A stretch of DNA of 64,000 bases from Deltaproteobacteria bacterium (GTDB taxonomy: Bacteria > Bdellovibrionota > UBA1018 > UBA923). The position numbers and the translations under genes are program-made. Positions 59,444 through 64,000 of this stretch are shown here, in pieces (within the stretch, counting starts at the first letter, position 1; the number at the start of each line of letters is the position of its first letter). The notes under the pieces were generated by a model. That model ran no database searches. It was not told the DNA's origin and was given only the letters and a program-made list of their open reading frames with translations. The stretch lies in contig JACPKS010000008.1 of NCBI GenBank assembly GCA_016186905.1, forward strand, positions 25 to 64,024. The letters run 5' to 3'.

Positions 59444-61399
59444 ATGCAAAACGCGGATTTAAGCTTCATTCTCAGAAATTCCTGGCTGGTTCCGGCGCTT
59501 CCTCTTTTCTCTTTTGCGGTCGTGGCGCTGTTCGCGCGGCGCTTTTCCGAGAAAGCCGCGGGGGTCGTCGCGACCGCCTCTGTTTTCGGGTCCGCCGTGG
59601 CGGCGGGCCTCGTCGCGCGGGATTATTTCCGTATTTTTCCTCCCGGCACGGATGGACAGGCGCTCGTGCCCTGGAGCATCGAGTGGCTGCGCTACCAGGA
59701 CCGCCTGAGCATCACCGTCGGCGTCCTGGTCGATCCCATTTCCGTGCTGCTCATGGTGGTCGTGACGACCGTCAGTTTTCTCGTCCATCTTTATTCCACC
59801 GGATACATGCGGGGTGAGAGGGGCTATGGCCGCTACTTCGCCTTCCTGAATCTCTTCACCTTCAGCATGCTCGGGCTCGTCGTCGCGTCCAACATCCTGC
59901 AGATGTACATGTGCTGGGAGCTTGTCGGCTTGAGCTCCTTTCTGTTGATTGGGTTCTATTACAGCCGCCCGGCCGCCGTGGCGGCATCAAAGAAGGCGTT
60001 TATCGTCACGCGTTTCGCGGATCTGGGTTTTTTCATCGGGATCATCCTTCTCGGCTATCACGGATTCAATCTTCTCGATGGCCAGCACCCTTTTGATTTC
60101 ATCACGCTGAGCAGCCCCGCTTCGCTCGAGAAGCTGGCCGGAGCCACGTCGGGGTTTCTTGGGGTGGGCCTTTTGCCTCTGGCCGCGGTGCTGGTGTTCA
60201 TGGGCGCGGCCGGCAAGAGCGCGATGTTTCCCCTGCATATCTGGCTGCCCGACGCGATGGAAGGTCCCACGCCGGTTTCGGCCCTCATTCACGCGGCGAC
60301 GATGGTGGTGGCCGGCGTCTACCTCGTGGCGCGGATGTTCGGTGTGTTCGCGGCGGCGGGCGACGCGCTCCTTTTGGTCGCCTACGTCGGCGCATTCACA
60401 TGTTTCTTCGCGGCGGTGATCGCCTGCACGCAGGACGACGTGAAACGGGTGCTCGCGTTTTCGACGCTTAGCCAGATCGGCTACATGATGTTCGCGCTTG
60501 GCGTCTCGTCGGCCGCGCATCCGATGGGTTACACCGCCTCGATGTTCCACCTGTTCACGCACGCGTTTTTCAAAGCACTCCTCTTTCTCGGCGCCGGCGC
60601 CGTCATTCACGCCACGCACACGAGCGAAATCTGGAAGATGGGCGGCCTGAGGCGGAAGATGCCGCTTACCCACGCCACGTTTCTCGTCGCAACGCTTTCC
60701 ATCGCGGGCATCTGGCCGTTTTCCGGTTTTTTCTCGAAAGACGAGATCCTGCTCTCAGCACTTGCCAGCGGGCATCACGGCGTCTTCGCCATCGGCCTGC
60801 TGACCGCGGGGCTGACGGCCTTTTACATGTTCCGGCTGTACTTTCTGGTTTTCTCCGGGTTTCCACGCGATGAGCAAGCCGGCCATGCCCACGAAGCACC
60901 GCTCGTGATGCTCATCCCGCTGGTGGCGCTCGCGATTCTCTCCGTGCTGGCAGGATGGGTCCCGTTCTCGGATTTCGTCCGATTCGGGGGCGGGGGGGGA
61001 TTTCACGAAGAAGGACACGCCCTGGTCGCTGCACTAGGCACCGTCGCGGCGCTGCTCGGGATCGGGTTTTCGTGGTTCTTGTACGCGGGCAAGGGGACGC
61101 GTGCCGAAGCGCTCGCGGCGCGGTTTGGGGCGCTGCACCTCGTGGTCAAGCACAAGTTCTATATCGACGAGATCTACCTTTTCATCACCCACAAGATCAT
61201 CTTCCGGTGTATCGCGGCGCCAGTGGCGTGGTTCGACCGCAACGTCGTGGACGGGGGCGTGAACTTGAGCGGCTGGTGCGCAAGGGTGTCGAGCCGAGGT
61301 CTCACTTTTTTGCAGACGGGGCAGGCGCAGGCCTACGGCGCCTGGCTCGTGGGCGGTTCCATCATTGTTTTGCTCGTGGCATGGGCCGCGCGGTTGTGA
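59444..61399 (+). CDS. nuoL: NADH-quinone oxidoreductase subunit L
   Basis: 651-aa antiporter-like subunit with a C-terminal long helix region. Confidence 0.93.
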   Translation: MQNADLSFILRNSWLVPALPLFSFAVVALFARRFSEKAAGVVATASVFGSAVAAGLVARDYFRIFPPGTDGQALVPWSIEWLRYQDRLSITVGVLVDPISVLLMVVVTTVSFLVHLYSTGYMRGERGYGRYFAFLNLFTFSMLGLVVASNILQMYMCWELVGLSSFLLIGFYYSRPAAVAASKKAFIVTRFADLGFFIGIILLGYHGFNLLDGQHPFDFITLSSPASLEKLAGATSGFLGVGLLPLAAVLVFMGAAGKSAMFPLHIWLPDAMEGPTPVSALIHAATMVVAGVYLVARMFGVFAAAGDALLLVAYVGAFTCFFAAVIACTQDDVKRVLAFSTLSQIGYMMFALGVSSAAHPMGYTASMFHLFTHAFFKALLFLGAGAVIHATHTSEIWKMGGLRRKMPLTHATFLVATLSIAGIWPFSGFFSKDEILLSALASGHHGVFAIGLLTAGLTAFYMFRLYFLVFSGFPRDEQAGHAHEAPLVMLIPLVALAILSVLAGWVPFSDFVRFGGGGGFHEEGHALVAALGTVAALLGIGFSWFLYAGKGTRAEALAARFGALHLVVKHKFYIDEIYLFITHKIIFRCIAAPVAWFDRNVVDGGVNLSGWCARVSSRGLTFLQTGQAQAYGAWLVGGSIIVLLVAWAARL

Positions 61400-61414
61400 A
61401 CGGGGGCTTTTTCG

Positions 61415-62959
61415 ATGGGCTTGGTTAGCTGGTTGATCGCGGTTCCATTCCTGACGGCTCTGCTGGTGGTGTTCACTCCCGCCGGAAAGGTGGAGCGCAT
61501 CCGGTGGATCTCCGCCCTGGGAACGGGCTTGCATCTCGTGCTCACCGCGGTTGTGACTTTTCAGTACGGCAGGCTCGCCCTCGCCGACGCCGAGTCGATG
61601 AAATCCGCGCGCCTCATGACGCTTCACCTCGTGGAGCGCGTTCCGTGGTTCGAGAGCATGGGCATCCAGTACTTCGTCGGGCTCGACGGCATTTCGCTCG
61701 CCATGGTTATCCTGACCTCGATCATCATTTTCGCCGGTGTGATGGCCAGTTGGAAGGTCACGGAGAGGCGCAAGGAGTTTTTCGCGCTCCTGCTCGTCCT
61801 GGTGACGGGGGTTTTCGGCGTCTTCCTGAGCTTCGACCTCTTTTTGTTTTTCATGTTCTACGAGCTTGCCGTGCTGCCGATGTATCTGTTGATCGGCATC
61901 TGGGGCACCGGACCCAAAGAGTACTCGGCCATGAAGCTGACGCTGATGCTCCTGATCGGGTCCGCGTTCATCCTCGTTGGATTTCTGGCTCTCTACCATG
62001 CGTCGGGTCTCCATACGTTCGATCTGGCCCGGCTCGCGCAAGTCTCCTATCCAACGGATTTCCAGCGATGGGTCTTCCCCATGCTTTTCATCGGGTTCGG
62101 AGTCATCGGGGCGCTTTACCCTTTCCACACCTGGTCGCCCGACGGTCATTCCTCGGCTCCCACCGCGGTCTCCATGCTCCATGCGGGCGTTCTCATGAAG
62201 CTGGGCGGCTACGGCGCGCTCCGGATCGCGGTTTACCTTCTTCCGGAGGGAGCGAAAATCTGGGGCCTGTTTTTCATGGCAGTGACCACGATCAACATCC
62301 TTTACGGTTCTTTCGTGGCCATCATGCAGAAGGATCTCAAGTACTTCACGGCCTATTCTTCAGTGAGCCATTGCGGATTCGTGCTTTTCGGCGTGGCCGC
62401 GCTGAATTTTGCGGGCATGAAGGGGGCCGTGATCCAGATGTTCAGCCACGGCATCATGACGGGGCTTTTCTTCGGACTGATCGGAATGGTTTACGGCAGA
62501 ACCCACACCCGCATCATCCCTGAGATGGGCGGGCTGGCGAGGGTGATGCCCTGGCTGGCTTCGACGTTTTACATCGCGGGGCTGGCCTCGCTGGGACTGC
62601 CCGGCCTGTCTGGTTTCGTGGCGGAGTCGCATGTGTTCCTGGGCGGTTTTTTCGGAAATCCCTGGCATAGTGCGGGCGTGATGAAGGCGCTGACGGTGCT
62701 CGCGACGTTCTCCATCGTCGTCACCGCGGTGTACGTTCTGCGCGGGCTGGCGAAGGTATTCATGGGGACGATTGAGAACCCGCATTTTCAGGATCTGAGC
62801 GACGCGACCTTAAGCGAGAAGATCAGCACGGGGCTGCTGGTGGCCACGCTTGTGTTTGTTGGCATCATGCCTTGGTACCTGGTCGATCTCATCGAGCCCT
62901 CCATCCTGCCTCTCGTCAACCGGCTGCATGCGCTGGGGCCCGTGCTGGGACAACAATGA
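61415..62959 (+). CDS. nuoM: NADH-quinone oxidoreductase subunit M
   Basis: 514-aa antiporter-like subunit. Confidence 0.93.
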   Translation: MGLVSWLIAVPFLTALLVVFTPAGKVERIRWISALGTGLHLVLTAVVTFQYGRLALADAESMKSARLMTLHLVERVPWFESMGIQYFVGLDGISLAMVILTSIIIFAGVMASWKVTERRKEFFALLLVLVTGVFGVFLSFDLFLFFMFYELAVLPMYLLIGIWGTGPKEYSAMKLTLMLLIGSAFILVGFLALYHASGLHTFDLARLAQVSYPTDFQRWVFPMLFIGFGVIGALYPFHTWSPDGHSSAPTAVSMLHAGVLMKLGGYGALRIAVYLLPEGAKIWGLFFMAVTTINILYGSFVAIMQKDLKYFTAYSSVSHCGFVLFGVAALNFAGMKGAVIQMFSHGIMTGLFFGLIGMVYGRTHTRIIPEMGGLARVMPWLASTFYIAGLASLGLPGLSGFVAESHVFLGGFFGNPWHSAGVMKALTVLATFSIVVTAVYVLRGLAKVFMGTIENPHFQDLSDATLSEKISTGLLVATLVFVGIMPWYLVDLIEPSILPLVNRLHALGPVLGQQ

Positions 62960-64000
62960 TGGAAATGTTGATCCTGCCCGAATTGATCGTGTTGGGGACC
63001 GCTTTCGCGATCATTCTCGCGGACCTGTTCATCGCCGAACGCCACCGCCCCTTGCTTGGCTGGTTGGCCGTGCTTGGCCTCGCCGCAGCCGCGGTCCTTG
63101 CCGTCGCGTTCGTGCCGATGGAGGGACAGATGTTCGGCGGCCGTTTCGCCATGGACAGCGTCACCTGGTGGTTCAAGCTTTTGTTTCTCGCTGCAGCGCT
63201 CATCACCGCGCTCCTTTCGATGGACTTGCTCGAGGGCAGGGCGACGGCGGCTTCGACCTCGCGGTACGGTTTTCGCGGCGAGTACTACGCGATCCTTCTT
63301 TTCACGGTCGCGGGCATGTTGTTTCTCGCCTCCGCCCGCGATCTTGCCACGCTTTACGTAAGCCTTGAGCTGACCACCATCCCGCTCTTCATCCTGGCCG
63401 CATGGAAGAAGGACGCGTTTTCCACTGAAGCCGGGTTGAAATATCTCGTGCTCGGAGCGCTGGCTTCGGCGCTGCTGCTGTACGGGCTGGGCATCTTTTA
63501 CGGTCTGGCAGGCGGCGCGACGGATCTCGTCTCACTGGGAAGGCTCGATCCCGCGAACGCCGCGTTCTGGCTTGCCGCCGCGCTTGTCACCGCGGGCGTC
63601 GGCTTCAAGATGACGATCGTGCCGTTTCATTTCTGGGCGGCGGATGTCTATCAGGGCGCGCCCACGCCGGTGACCGCATACCTGTCCGTCGCCTCAAAGG
63701 GCGCCGGCCTGGTGCTCATGTTCCACCTTTTCTACCGGATCCTGGGGCGGTCCCTCGGTGATCTCACCACTCTTCTCGCGGTTCTGGCCGCGACGACGAT
63801 GACGGTCGGCAATTTGGCGGCGGTCACGCAGAAAAACATCAAACGGCTCATGGCGTTCAGCGCCGTATCGCAAGCCGGGTATCTCATCATGGGTTTCATC
63901 GGCCGTGGCGGCGAGAACGTACCCGCCATGATTTTCTACATGGTGATTTACGTCGTGACCAATCTGGCCGTGTTTTCAGCCATCATCATCCACTCCAACG
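62956..64000 (+). CDS. nuoN: NADH-quinone oxidoreductase subunit N (partial, runs off window end)
   Basis: MMEMLILPELIV... start overlaps the nuoM stop. Antiporter-like TM pattern. The frame is open to the end of the window. Confidence 0.85.
   Translation, partial: MMEMLILPELIVLGTAFAIILADLFIAERHRPLLGWLAVLGLAAAAVLAVAFVPMEGQMFGGRFAMDSVTWWFKLLFLAAALITALLSMDLLEGRATAASTSRYGFRGEYYAILLFTVAGMLFLASARDLATLYVSLELTTIPLFILAAWKKDAFSTEAGLKYLVLGALASALLLYGLGIFYGLAGGATDLVSLGRLDPANAAFWLAAALVTAGVGFKMTIVPFHFWAADVYQGAPTPVTAYLSVASKGAGLVLMFHLFYRILGRSLGDLTTLLAVLAATTMTVGNLAAVTQKNIKRLMAFSAVSQAGYLIMGFIGRGGENVPAMIFYMVIYVVTNLAVFSAIIIHSN

Overview
High-GC (~60-65%) Gram-negative bacterial chromosome segment, mostly housekeeping; the gene content (CarD/CdnL, PilZ, HD-GYP, Lol, BamA/Skp) looks like a Deltaproteobacteria/Bdellovibrionota/Myxococcota-type lineage, but that is an impression only. 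Main blocks: (1) a class II B12-dependent RNR (nrdJ) with tandem NrdR-box-like palindromes in a long leader; (2) a REC-HD-GYP response regulator and MscS; (3) five translationally coupled genes DUF192-grx-alpha/beta hydrolase-small secreted protein-DUF2079 (ATGA overlaps), convergent with a fused B12-binding radical SAM (TIGR03960+TIGR03936-like, 872 aa) and a GT2 gene; (4) a VapBC module; (5) rsmB-hyp-sppA; (6) a low-GC ~3 kb accessory islet with an IS200/RAYT-like HuH transposase, a 143-bp duplicated transposase 3' end flanking a BrnT(degenerate)/BrnA cassette, a Cys-rich secreted mini-protein carrying a (CATTAG)n microsatellite and a C9 tract, and a FitAB-like RHH/PIN pair; (7) rpsA; (8) an outer membrane/lipid A cluster (GT1, heptosyltransferase, DUF3108, lpxL-K-B-A, fabZ, lpxD, skp, bamA); (9) an AAA ATPase, lolDC, lysS, trxB, rhomboid and PilZ; (10) a 2.65 kb gene for a secreted Gly/Tyr/Pro/Met/Gln-rich low-complexity protein built from near-identical tandem DNA repeats; (11) gpsA, zinc-ribbon, CarD and a small radical SAM followed directly by korAB (2-oxoacid:ferredoxin oxidoreductase) and an 11-gene nuoABCDHIJKLMN lacking nuoEFG. 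No rRNA, tRNA or CRISPR was seen. The many long antisense or alternate-frame ORFs are typical high-GC artefacts. All calls are from sequence reading only; no searches were run.
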